From: an uncultured Collinsella sp.
GTDB taxonomy: Bacteria; Actinomycetota; Coriobacteriia; Coriobacteriales; Coriobacteriaceae
Length of the DNA stretch: 64,000 nucleotides
NCBI GenBank assembly: GCA_900546375.1
Contig: URCO01000007.1
Span: 3,303 to 67,302 of the forward strand
Reading direction: 5' to 3'
The notes under the pieces were generated by a model that worked only from the letters and a program-made list of their open reading frames with translations, was not told the origin of the DNA and searched no databases. This document shows, piece after piece, positions 49,591 through 58,438 of this stretch; the first letter of the stretch is position 1; every line of letters starts with the position of its first letter. The translations under genes were made by a program, and so were the position numbers.

Positions 49591-52467
49591 ATGACTACGC
49601 AGCGACAGATTGATATTGAATTCGACTCGCTTACACGCGAGAACGATTCACCCAAGCTCATCGCCAACTCGAAGGCGGCAGGCGGAACACTACTATCCGT
49701 TATCAAGGAGCAGCTCTCAGCCTGCGGCTCTTTTGACTTTTGCGTAGCGTTTGTTGCAGACGGCGGCCTTCAAATCCTGGTCGAGACGTTCCAGGAGCTC
49801 AAGCAGCGTGGCATTAAGGGCAGGCTGCTCACGTCCACCTATCTCAACTTCAACTCACCCGATGTCTTTCGCAAGCTCCTGGAATACGACAACATGGAAG
49901 TTCGCGTATTCCAGGGTAATTTGCATGCCAAGGGATACATTTTTGATAAGGGCGAAACCAGCACGGTCATCGTCGGCAGCTCCAACATGACGCAGACCGC
50001 TCTCACCTGCAATAAAGAATGGAATGTGCTGTACCAGACTGTCGAGAACAGCCGCCTACTCAACGAACTGAGGGGCGAGTTCAATTCGTTGTGGAACGAT
50101 ACCTCAACCGTTTTGCTTTCCCAAGACTGGATTGAGAACTATGCCGCATATCGATCGGCACGTCCGCCAAAGCCCAAATCGAAACCGACATTCAAATCTG
50201 CGGAAACGCCGGCGCAGAATGACCTCGAAGAAATCAAGCCCAATAAAATGCAGCAGCGCGCCCTTGAGGCGCTCGGTGCAATCCACCGCAAGGACGAGGC
50301 CCGCGCCCTGCTGGTCTCGGCAACCGGCACCGGCAAGACCTTCCTTTCGGCGTTCGACGTGCTCGCAACTAAACCCCGGCGCGTCCTCTTTCTTGCGCAC
50401 CGTCGGCGCATTATCGACGCCTCCCGCGCAAGCTACGAACGCCTCTTAGGTAGTACCTATACGTTCGACACCTATCAAACTGGCAAGAATATAAGCAATG
50501 CTACCTGCGTGTTTGCCATGTGTTCTTCGGTCGCCAAACATCTGAGCGATTTCCGTCCCGATGAGTTCGACTACATCGTTATCGACGAGGCCCACCGCAC
50601 GGGATCCCAGGGTTACCAATCCATCATGTCGCACTTTACGCCTCGGTTTTATCTGGGCATGACCGCTACACCCAATCGCACCGACGGCTATGACGTCTTT
50701 GCCCTTTTCAATCACGTCATCGCGTTCCAGATCACGCTGCAGGACGCTTTGGCCGAGGAGATGCTTGCCCCCTTCCATTATTTTGGCATTCACGATCTGG
50801 AGATTGACGACGAAACGGTCGAAGATATCGCCCTGTTCGGGCGTTTGACGTCCGACGAGCGCGTGCGTCATATCACCGAGAAGATCGAAGAATATAGCGT
50901 CACCAAAAGCAATCGCAGGGGCTTAATTTTTTGCAATCGAAACGCCGAGGCCAAGGAACTGTCACACAAATTCAACGCTCTCGGATATCGAACGGTTGCG
51001 ATTAGCGGTCAAGATTCCGATGAGGTCCGCGATGCCGCGATCAGCCGACTTGAAGCCGGCGAGCTCGAGTACATTTTCTCGGTCGATATCATGAACGAAG
51101 GCGTCGACATCCCCTCGCTCAATCAGATCATCATGCTTCGACGCACCGACTCCGCAATCATCTTTATTCAGCAGCTCGGACGAGGTTTGCGCCTGAATGA
51201 TGATAAGGAATACGCACTGGTGCTCGACTTTATTGGCAACTACCAGAGCAACTTCTTGGTGCCCATCGCGCTTTCGGGTGACAAGACGTATAACAAAGAC
51301 CGCCTGCGCTGTCTTGTTCAAGAGGGCGATTCGGCGATCCCCGGATGCTCGACCGTGAGCTTCGATCGTATTTCCGAGGCACGCATTTACAAGGCCATCG
51401 ACGGCGGCGATTTCACCTCCGTCAGGTTTTTGAAAAACGAATATCTCGACTTGCGCCAAAAACTCGGCAAGATTCCCTCGCTGCTCGAATTTGATCGTAA
51501 CGGCTCCATCGATCCGCTGCTTATCTTCAAGAATAGCGGCCTGGGGTCCTATCACGCATTTCTTTCCAAATACGAGCCGGACTACACGGTTCAATTTACC
51601 TCTGATCAGACCAAGATTCTCAAATTTATTTCTCAAAAACTTGCCGCGGGCAAGCGATTCGAAGACCTCTATTTGCTTCAAACGCTCGTCGAAGCCGGAC
51701 ACGAGGGCTACCGGCATATGCGCGAGGCTGCGCTTAGAAACTACCGCGCACAGCTTAAGGACAGCGCCGTTAGGTCGGCAATCGCAGTCCTTAAGGGCGA
51801 CTTTGCCACTCCTAAGGATTTCGTTTCCCTGCTTATTGACGATGGAACCGGACCTCGTCTGACCGAAGCGTTCGCGACCGCCCTGCGCAACGCAGAGTTC
51901 AAGCGTCAGATTCTCGAGGTGCTGGATTTTGGTATTGAGCGCAACCGACTCGACTATGCCGAGACGTACGAAAACACAAATTTCGTTCTCAACGCCAAGT
52001 ACACGTACGAGGAGGTTTGCCGTCTGATGAACTGGGAAAAGAACATCAACGGCCAAAACCTTGGCGGATACTTCTACGATGAGAAGACCAATACATTCCC
52101 CGTGTTTATTAACTATGACAAGGCGCCCGACATTAGCGAGTCAATTCAGTATGAAGACCGCTTTGTTTCGCCGAGCAAGTTCATCGCAATCTCGAAGGGC
52201 AACCGCACGCTCAACTCTCCCGAGATTCTGCGACTGCAGGCATGGCCGGGAAACGGCCTGAAGACGTATTTGTTTATGCGAAAGAACAAGGACGATAAGG
52301 GCGGCAAGGAGTTCTATTTCTTAGGCGAAATGCATCCGACCGGCGAGTTCGAAGCTATTAAAACTAAGAGCGGCGACAACGCCGTCGAAATCGAATATGA
52401 GCTCAATGCGCCCGTGAGGCAAGACATTTACGAGTTTATGCTCAGCGATTTGAGCGAAGCCGAGTAA
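49591..52467 (+). CDS. PLD nuclease-SF2 helicase-DUF3427 protein (SauUSI-like type IV, modification-dependent restriction enzyme)
   Basis: LHAKGY..GSSNMT (PLD HxK), ATGTGKT, DEAH, GMTATP, QQLGRGLR; C-terminal FINYDK..YEDRF..FYFLG; 958 aa. Confidence 0.8.
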   Translation: MTTQRQIDIEFDSLTRENDSPKLIANSKAAGGTLLSVIKEQLSACGSFDFCVAFVADGGLQILVETFQELKQRGIKGRLLTSTYLNFNSPDVFRKLLEYDNMEVRVFQGNLHAKGYIFDKGETSTVIVGSSNMTQTALTCNKEWNVLYQTVENSRLLNELRGEFNSLWNDTSTVLLSQDWIENYAAYRSARPPKPKSKPTFKSAETPAQNDLEEIKPNKMQQRALEALGAIHRKDEARALLVSATGTGKTFLSAFDVLATKPRRVLFLAHRRRIIDASRASYERLLGSTYTFDTYQTGKNISNATCVFAMCSSVAKHLSDFRPDEFDYIVIDEAHRTGSQGYQSIMSHFTPRFYLGMTATPNRTDGYDVFALFNHVIAFQITLQDALAEEMLAPFHYFGIHDLEIDDETVEDIALFGRLTSDERVRHITEKIEEYSVTKSNRRGLIFCNRNAEAKELSHKFNALGYRTVAISGQDSDEVRDAAISRLEAGELEYIFSVDIMNEGVDIPSLNQIIMLRRTDSAIIFIQQLGRGLRLNDDKEYALVLDFIGNYQSNFLVPIALSGDKTYNKDRLRCLVQEGDSAIPGCSTVSFDRISEARIYKAIDGGDFTSVRFLKNEYLDLRQKLGKIPSLLEFDRNGSIDPLLIFKNSGLGSYHAFLSKYEPDYTVQFTSDQTKILKFISQKLAAGKRFEDLYLLQTLVEAGHEGYRHMREAALRNYRAQLKDSAVRSAIAVLKGDFATPKDFVSLLIDDGTGPRLTEAFATALRNAEFKRQILEVLDFGIERNRLDYAETYENTNFVLNAKYTYEEVCRLMNWEKNINGQNLGGYFYDEKTNTFPVFINYDKAPDISESIQYEDRFVSPSKFIAISKGNRTLNSPEILRLQAWPGNGLKTYLFMRKNKDDKGGKEFYFLGEMHPTGEFEAIKTKSGDNAVEIEYELNAPVRQDIYEFMLSDLSEAE

Positions 52468-52506
52468 CAAATAGGAGCGGGCCGCCATGTGACGCCCGCC
52501 CCTTTC

Positions 52507-52902
52507 TTACTTAAGCCCGAGTTTCTTTTCGAGCTCCCTAACGACTTTAACGTCTGCCGGAAGCCAATCGACATCCCACAGGTTATTGGTATCAAGCCAT
52601 TTCATATCCTCGTGAGCGTGCTCTTTGAACTCCCCCGAAAGAATGGTAGCTAGATAGCACTGCATCGACAGGTGAAACGTCGCGTAATCATGCTCGACCG
52701 TGCAAAGATAGTCGAGGTTACCGATCGTGACCTCGAGCTCTTCTTGAATCTCGCGCACAATTGCCTGCTCGCCGGTCTCGCCCGGCTCGAGCTTGCCGCC
52801 CGGAAATTCCCAGCCGTCTTTAAACTCGCCATAGCCGCGCTGGCAGCTCAGGATTTTCCCGTCCTTCTGAATAATCGCTGCTGCAACATTGATTGATTTC
52901 AT
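52507..52902 (-). CDS. MutT/NUDIX (deoxy)nucleoside triphosphate pyrophosphohydrolase
   Basis: Nudix box WEFPGGKLEPGETGEQAIVREIQEEL; WLPAD. Confidence 0.9.
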   Translation of the reverse strand: MKSINVAAAIIQKDGKILSCQRGYGEFKDGWEFPGGKLEPGETGEQAIVREIQEELEVTIGNLDYLCTVEHDYATFHLSMQCYLATILSGEFKEHAHEDMKWLDTNNLWDVDWLPADVKVVRELEKKLGLK

Positions 52903-53038
52903 AACTAGCCATCACCTCTCCAGTTGAGCTCAACCAGTATAGGCGATCGGCCGCCCGCCATGTTCCAGTCGCCTGAAAACCGCCTGCTCGACCAACCCTT
53001 GACGCCGACTTGCTACCGGCTCACCATCCCTCGCTATC

Positions 53039-53218
53039 GAGGTCTAATACTTTTCCGCGAAGTGAACGTCTGTTTTAGGACCCCTGAAGCATCCACATTT
53101 TTCGTCGGCAAGATCGCAGGATTCCAGTATCGAAACCGCAGGAAACGATGTCCTTAAAGTGTCGATGCTTCGGGGGTCCGTTTTAGCTCGTTCACTTCTC
53201 GGAAAAGTATTAGACCTC
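53039..53218. repeat. 180-bp palindromic element, copy 1
   Basis: About 60-bp imperfect inverted arms (GAGGTCTAATACTTTTCCGCGAAGTGAACG...CGTTCACTTCTCGGAAAAGTATTAGACCTC); internal CGCAGGA x2. Confidence 0.85.
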
Positions 53219-53466
53219 TTCGGCAGCAGCCCAAAAGGTGAGTCGTTTCTCCCCCGCGCAACCCAATAGACACATTCCGCTCCTCCCTCACACCACCCAA
53301 AAACTCATCCAACATTAATCTTGGCTCAAGAATCGCTTAATCTATAACCTGCACTATAGAGTTCGACCGAGGGCGGGGCGGCACCGCGCAACGCAGGCCG
53401 CCGAACGCAACGCTCGCGCCCGGGTAGATCGCCCGGCGTCGCGCCCATCGAACGAAAGGATAGGTC

Positions 53467-54009
53467 ATGGACGACCTCGAAAAAGTTGAAACCATCCGCA
53501 CCAAGTGCAACGTGAGCTACACCGATGCCAAGGCCGCGCTCGACGCCGCCGACGGCAACGTTCTGGATGCCATCATTTGGCTTGAGTCGCAGGGCAAGAC
53601 CCAGACCACGTCGGCACACGCCGCCACCGAGTCCGCACCAGTCGATGAGCCCTCGGCCGAGATGGTCGCCGCGCAGGCCGCCTACGAAAAGTCGAGCGAA
53701 AAGACCGACTTCTCCAAGAAGATGGACAGCGTGTGGGAGTACCTCAAAAAGCTCTTCCGCCTGAGTCTGGACACCAAGTTTATCGCCACGCGCCGCGATG
53801 CGATCATCCTCAACATCCCCATCCTGATCCCCATCATCGCCCTGTTTGCCTGGGGCGCCACGATATGGCTGATGCTGATTGGCCTGTTCTTTGGCATGCG
53901 CTACCGCATCGACAGCGACGGCGACGTGCCCGGCAGCATCAACAACCTTATGAATCACGCTGCCGATGCCGCGGACGACATCAAGCAAAATCTGAACGAC
54001 GACAAGTAA
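53467..54009 (+). CDS. UBA-like N-terminal / DUF4342-like membrane protein
   Basis: LEKVETIRTKCNVSYTDAKAALDAADGNVLDAIIWLE; C-terminal hydrophobic hairpin; GAAAGGA RBS. Confidence 0.7.
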   Translation: MDDLEKVETIRTKCNVSYTDAKAALDAADGNVLDAIIWLESQGKTQTTSAHAATESAPVDEPSAEMVAAQAAYEKSSEKTDFSKKMDSVWEYLKKLFRLSLDTKFIATRRDAIILNIPILIPIIALFAWGATIWLMLIGLFFGMRYRIDSDGDVPGSINNLMNHAADAADDIKQNLNDDK

Positions 54010-54027
54010 TCGCAGACGGGGGCACGC

Positions 54028-54813
54028 ATGGCACGGATCCTGATCGTAGAGGACGAGGAGAAAATCGCCCGCTTTGTGACGCTCGAGCTGGAGCACGAGG
54101 GCTACCAGGTGGAGCACGCCGCCGACGGCCGCACCGCCGTGGACCTGGCACTGGAGCGCGACTACGATCTGATTCTGCTCGATGTGCTGTTGCCGCAACT
54201 CAACGGCATGGAGGTCCTGCGGCGTGTCCGCAAGCACAAGGACGTGCCGGTGATCATGGTCACCGCGCGCGATGCCGTGATGGATAAGGTTGCCGGGCTC
54301 GATGCCGGCGCCGATGATTACCTGACCAAGCCGTTTGCGATCGAGGAGCTGTTCGCACGGATTCGCGTGGCGCTGAAGCGCTCGGAGGCCGCGCGGACGG
54401 CTTCGGGCGTTGGCGGCGCCGGCGCCAGGGCTGGCGTAGCGAGCGGCACGGCCGCCGGTATCGCCACAATGTCCCCGGCAACCGACACGGCCCAGACCGC
54501 TGCCGCGCCCTCCCCCGCCGCGCTTACCGTTGACTCGGTTGCGCTCGACCCCAACCGCCGCGAAGTCACGGTCGGCGGCTCGCCCATCGCACTCACGGCT
54601 CGCGAGTTCGACGTCCTCGCCCTGCTTATGGCGCATGCCGAGACCGTGCTCACGCGCGAGCGCATCGCGCACGAAGCGCTGGGCTACGAATACGTGGGCG
54701 ACACTAACAACGTCGACGTGCACATTGCGCACCTGCGCGCCAAGATCGAAGACGCCGGCAGCGCCCGCATCATCCAGACCGTGCGCGGGGTGGGCTATGT
54801 CTGCCGCGCGTAA
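54028..54813 (+). CDS. Response regulator, OmpR family
   Basis: IVEDE, LLDVLLP, GADDYLTKPF, LTAREF, VDVHIAHLRAKI, TVRGVGY. Confidence 0.92.
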   Translation: MARILIVEDEEKIARFVTLELEHEGYQVEHAADGRTAVDLALERDYDLILLDVLLPQLNGMEVLRRVRKHKDVPVIMVTARDAVMDKVAGLDAGADDYLTKPFAIEELFARIRVALKRSEAARTASGVGGAGARAGVASGTAAGIATMSPATDTAQTAAAPSPAALTVDSVALDPNRREVTVGGSPIALTAREFDVLALLMAHAETVLTRERIAHEALGYEYVGDTNNVDVHIAHLRAKIEDAGSARIIQTVRGVGYVCRA

Positions 54814-56092
54814 CACCGAGGCCAAGCGCGTCACCTCCATCGCCCGCGCCATCAACTGGGGCTATATGTGGTGCCGCTTGATGAGCTACGTCTGGCTCGA
54901 TCTGCTGCTGATGGTGATTGCGGCGGCGATCCTCGTCTATGGATACAACCAGACGCTGCCCGACAGCGCGTTTACCGCAGGCTGGATTCCCGGCGCCACC
55001 GTTCACGGCATGTCGCTGACGCCCGCGCGCGGCTGGGACCTGACAACGCTCACCTATACCGTCGAGCTTGCGCGCACCAGCAAGACCTTCCCGCTCGCGC
55101 AGGACCTCGTCACGCTATGGCCTCTCCACCTTGTCGTTGTGGGTTGGCAGGTCATCAGCGTGCTCAACATGCTCGGCGGCGCGAGGCGCGTGCGCCGCAC
55201 CATGGCGCCGCTCAACGACCTGGCCTTGCGCGTGGACGAGCTCGGCCGTATGCAGCTCTCCGGCGGCAAGATGGAAACGCTGGAGCAGGCCATCGAGCGC
55301 GCAAGCGTCGACTCGCCGAGCGTCACCACCGGCGACGCCGACCTGGCAAGCATCGAGGTCGCGCTCAACCGCCTGCTGCGCCAGATGCAAGAGGCCAAGC
55401 TGCAGCAGATGCGCTTTGTCAACGATGCAAGCCACGAGCTGCGCACGCCCATTGCGGTGATTCAGGGCTACGTAAACATGCTCGACCGCTGGGGCAAAGA
55501 CGACCCGGACGTGCTGGCGGAATCCATCGCGTCCCTCAAGGCCGAAAGCGAGCACATGCAGGAGCTCGTGGAGCAGCTGCTGTTTTTGGCACGCGGCGAT
55601 GCCGGCCGCACCGTGCTGCGGCGCGCGAATACTAACCTGGCTGCACTGGTCGGCGAGGTATGCGAGGAATCGCAGATGATCGATACCGAGCACACGTATC
55701 GACTGGCCTTTGACGCTGCGCTTGTCAGCGACCCGCGCTGCGACGCGCCCGTCGACGTGGCGCTCGTGAAGCAGGCCCTGCGCGTAATCGTGCAGAATGC
55801 CGCCAAGTATTCGGACGCGGGCACGCCCATCACGTTTGGCGTGGCGCCGGATGCGGGCGCGGGCACGATCGACATAAACGTTGAGGACGAGGGCATCGGC
55901 ATGAACCAGGAATCCGCAGCTCACGCGTTTGAACGGTTCTACCGCGCCGACAACGCACGCGATGCCGGCGCGCAGGGCTCGGGTCTGGGGCTCGCCATCG
56001 CCAAGTGGATCGTCGATAGCCATGGCGGCGTCATTGGCCTGACCTCAGTCGAGGGCGTCGGCAGCCGCTTTACGATTCGCCTGCCGCGGTAG
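54797..56092 (+). CDS. Sensor histidine kinase
   Basis: DASHELRTP, NAAKY, DEGIG, FERFYR, GSGLGLAI; start overlaps the regulator end. Confidence 0.9.
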   Translation: MSAARNTEAKRVTSIARAINWGYMWCRLMSYVWLDLLLMVIAAAILVYGYNQTLPDSAFTAGWIPGATVHGMSLTPARGWDLTTLTYTVELARTSKTFPLAQDLVTLWPLHLVVVGWQVISVLNMLGGARRVRRTMAPLNDLALRVDELGRMQLSGGKMETLEQAIERASVDSPSVTTGDADLASIEVALNRLLRQMQEAKLQQMRFVNDASHELRTPIAVIQGYVNMLDRWGKDDPDVLAESIASLKAESEHMQELVEQLLFLARGDAGRTVLRRANTNLAALVGEVCEESQMIDTEHTYRLAFDAALVSDPRCDAPVDVALVKQALRVIVQNAAKYSDAGTPITFGVAPDAGAGTIDINVEDEGIGMNQESAAHAFERFYRADNARDAGAQGSGLGLAIAKWIVDSHGGVIGLTSVEGVGSRFTIRLPR

Positions 56093-56109
56093 GGGCGTCT
56101 CTCACGAAT

Positions 56110-56291
56110 CGAAGGTGAATGGTTTTCCGCGAAGTGAACGACCTATTTTGGACCCTCGAAGCATCCGCACTTTTTGGCGCCAAAACCGCAGGAAATACCT
56201 GACAAAACCGCAGGAAACGGCGTCTCCAAAGTGTCGATGCTTCGGGGATCCGATTTCACTCGTTCACTTCGCGGGAAACCATTCACCTTCG
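56110..56291. repeat. 180-bp palindromic element, copy 2
   Basis: CGAAGGTGAATGGTTTTCCGCGAAGTGAACG...CGTTCACTTCGCGGGAAACCATTCACCTTCG; colinear with 53039-53218. Confidence 0.85.
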
Positions 56292-56325
56292 TTTTACGAC
56301 AGCCCGTCAGTCACCCTCTCGGCAT

Positions 56326-56365
56326 TAAAAATGGGGCAAGGTCACGTGGCCTTACCCCATTTTTA
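56326..56365. terminator. 40-bp near-perfect palindrome, probable bidirectional terminator
   Basis: TAAAAATGGGGCAAGGTCAC/GTGGCCTTACCCCATTTTTA between convergent genes. Confidence 0.55.
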
Positions 56366-56387
56366 GTTAGCTATGGCAGTTTGTGCG

Positions 56388-56762
56388 TTACTCGCGGCAC
56401 AGGTGCACGGCGAAGCCGGCGAACTCGCGCTTAAAGTACACGAGCTTGGTGCCGCCGTCGGGCAGCAGCACGCGCGACTCCTCGTTAACCTCGAGCCCGC
56501 GCTCGGCAAACCACTTCTCGGCCGCATCGATGTCGTTGACGGCAAAGCCAATGTGGCCCTTGGCGCCACGACCGTTCTGCTTCATGATCTCGACCAGCGA
56601 ATCGTTAAAGTACGAAACGGGGGTCTCGATGACGGGCAGGCCCATCATCGTCGAGAACAGCTCCGCAATCTCCGGGGCGTCTGCCGGGTCGGCGGCGTTA
56701 ATGCCCACATGGGCAACGCGCATGCCAAAGAGCTCGACCGGGTTGGCGTTCTGCTCACTCAT
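56388..56762 (-). CDS. VOC/glyoxalase-family protein
   Basis: AHVGIN, GHIGFAVNDI, FAVHL. Confidence 0.7.
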   Translation of the reverse strand: MSEQNANPVELFGMRVAHVGINAADPADAPEIAELFSTMMGLPVIETPVSYFNDSLVEIMKQNGRGAKGHIGFAVNDIDAAEKWFAERGLEVNEESRVLLPDGGTKLVYFKREFAGFAVHLCRE

Positions 56763-56773
56763 ACAGTCAGCGC

Positions 56774-57061
56774 CTACTGAGCCATGACGTCGAGGACGGC
56801 CTTCTCGGCAGCGACGCGGTTCATGCCGGTCATGAAGGGCACGCCGCTCACGTACGGGCAGGTGAGGCCCTCGGGGGCAACGGTGGTGGCGATCAGCAGA
56901 TCAGCGCCCTCGTCGCAGTAATCCTTGGCCTCGGAGATGGCGCACTGCACGATCTCATACTTGTCGGCGTAACCGTTGGCGTCGAGCAGGGTGGCGACCT
57001 TCTGGGCAACAAGCGTGGAAGTAGCAGCGCCAGCACCGCAAGCCAAAACGATCTTCTTCAT
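56774..57061 (-). CDS. PTS IIB component (galactitol-type)
   Basis: IVLACGAGAATST, GVPFMTG. Confidence 0.85.
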   Translation of the reverse strand: MKKIVLACGAGAATSTLVAQKVATLLDANGYADKYEIVQCAISEAKDYCDEGADLLIATTVAPEGLTCPYVSGVPFMTGMNRVAAEKAVLDVMAQ

Positions 57062-57224
57062 AGGTAATGTCTCCCTTCATGGTTTACTTTAGGTAAGTGT
57101 ACCGCAGCGAGCGATGGCACTCGGCCTCGATGAGCTTTTATGCCAGTTTGCTTGCGCGCTGCGTATAATACATCTAGTACGTGTTGTCATACCGCTCGCT
57201 TTATGAGCGACTAAGGACCCTAAT

Positions 57225-57848
57225 ATGCCCGATTCCCGCACACTCTGGACCGCCGTCGTTATCATCTGCATCGCCGTGTCGGTGTTCTTTAGCGTCAAAA
57301 AACGCACCACGTTTAAGCGCCTGCAGCAGCTCATGGCCGCCAAGCAGTGGGACGAGTTCGATCGTTTGCTCGACGGCAAACTCACCAGCATGCTGTACCC
57401 GCGCTACAACCGCGACTACCTGCGCCTGAACTCCTATCTGCTGCGCGAGGACCATAAGCGCGCCGACGAGATGTTCGACCTGCTACTGGGACTCAACCTG
57501 CCCAAGATGCAGCGCGTCGACCTGGTGATCAAAGCTTTTAACTACTACGTTGGCCAGGAGGATCGCAAAAAGGCCAAGGAGTTGCTGCACGAGATCAAGG
57601 GCTTTGAGGGCGGTCAGGCCGAGGCAGTCGCACACGAATGCCAGCTGATGTACGACACGATGATCCTCAAGCGCCACAACGACATTCCCGAGCTGGAGCG
57701 CATGCTCGAGGATGTCGGCAACGACCCGGTCAAGCGCTGCCGACTGGAGTACCTGCTGGCCCTGCAGTATCAAAACAGGGGCGACGAGGCAAAGTTCCAA
57801 GAGTTCCTGGAGAAGTCGGGCCAACACTCGATGGCCGTCAACGCGTAA
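57225..57848 (+). CDS. Hypothetical membrane-anchored helical protein
   Basis: N-terminal TM; TPR-like helices; TATAAT and AAGGA upstream. Confidence 0.7.
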   Translation: MPDSRTLWTAVVIICIAVSVFFSVKKRTTFKRLQQLMAAKQWDEFDRLLDGKLTSMLYPRYNRDYLRLNSYLLREDHKRADEMFDLLLGLNLPKMQRVDLVIKAFNYYVGQEDRKKAKELLHEIKGFEGGQAEAVAHECQLMYDTMILKRHNDIPELERMLEDVGNDPVKRCRLEYLLALQYQNRGDEAKFQEFLEKSGQHSMAVNA

Positions 57849-57879
57849 CGGACGGCTTGTGCTAGACTTCTAGTCTCAC

Positions 57880-57964
57880 GGGGGCGTGGCGGAATTGGCA
57901 TACGCAGGAGACTTAAAATCTCTCGCCGCAAGGATTGTGGGTTCGAGTCCCACCGCCCCTACCA
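57880..57964 (+). tRNA. tRNA-Leu (anticodon TAA)
   Basis: Acceptor GGGGGCG/CGCCCCT, D-loop GGAATTGGCATAC, anticodon loop CTTAAAA, long variable arm, GGTTCGAGTCC T-arm, encoded CCA. Confidence 0.95.
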
Positions 57965-58228
57965 TGTGATTGCTTGCGAGCCCGTGTTCCCCAGGGATGC
58001 GGGCTCGCTTCTTTTAGATGCCGGTGAGACTCGAACCCGCGAGGGGGCGAGCGTTAAGCGGACGCGCAGCGTCCGTAGCGAGCCGGCGAGGGCGCCGACA
58101 GGCGGCCGAAGCCGGTGCGTATTTGCGCAGCAAATGCGCGGACGTCCCACCGCCCCTACCATATGGAGCTTTCGAGCCCGTGTCCCCAAGGGATGCGGGC
58201 TCGTTTCTTTTGGATGCCGGCGGGGCTC
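57947..58228 (+). repeat. tRNA 3'-end duplication: 197-bp unit plus truncated second unit
   Basis: GTCCCACCGCCCCTACCAT at 57947 and 58144, each followed by the same CGAGCCCG..CGGGCTCG-TTCTTTT terminator. Confidence 0.85.
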
Positions 58229-58300
58229 TAAGTTGCGGTGGAATAGTTCTTGTTTTGGTAGTTTACCAGCCCATTTAGGAACTATTCCACCGCAACTTAG
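58228..58300. repeat. 72-bp palindromic element, copy 2
   Basis: CTAAGTTGCGGTGGAATAGTTC...GAACTATTCCACCGCAACTTAG. Confidence 0.85.
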
Positions 58301-58308
58301 GTTGGTGT

Positions 58309-58395
58309 TCCCACATTTTTCGATGGAAAAACGTGGTTGTCTCCCACATTTTCAGATAGAAAAACGTGGTTGTCTCCCACATTTTCCGATGGAAA
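58309..58395. repeat. Tandem 33-bp repeat (about 2.6 copies) upstream of AAA ATPase gene
   Basis: TCCCACATTTT..GAT.GAAA starts at 58309, 58342 and 58375. Confidence 0.9.
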
Positions 58396-58438
58396 CTCCC
58401 AAATGGCCTTATACTAGCCGAGAGGGTTGGGAGGCAAT

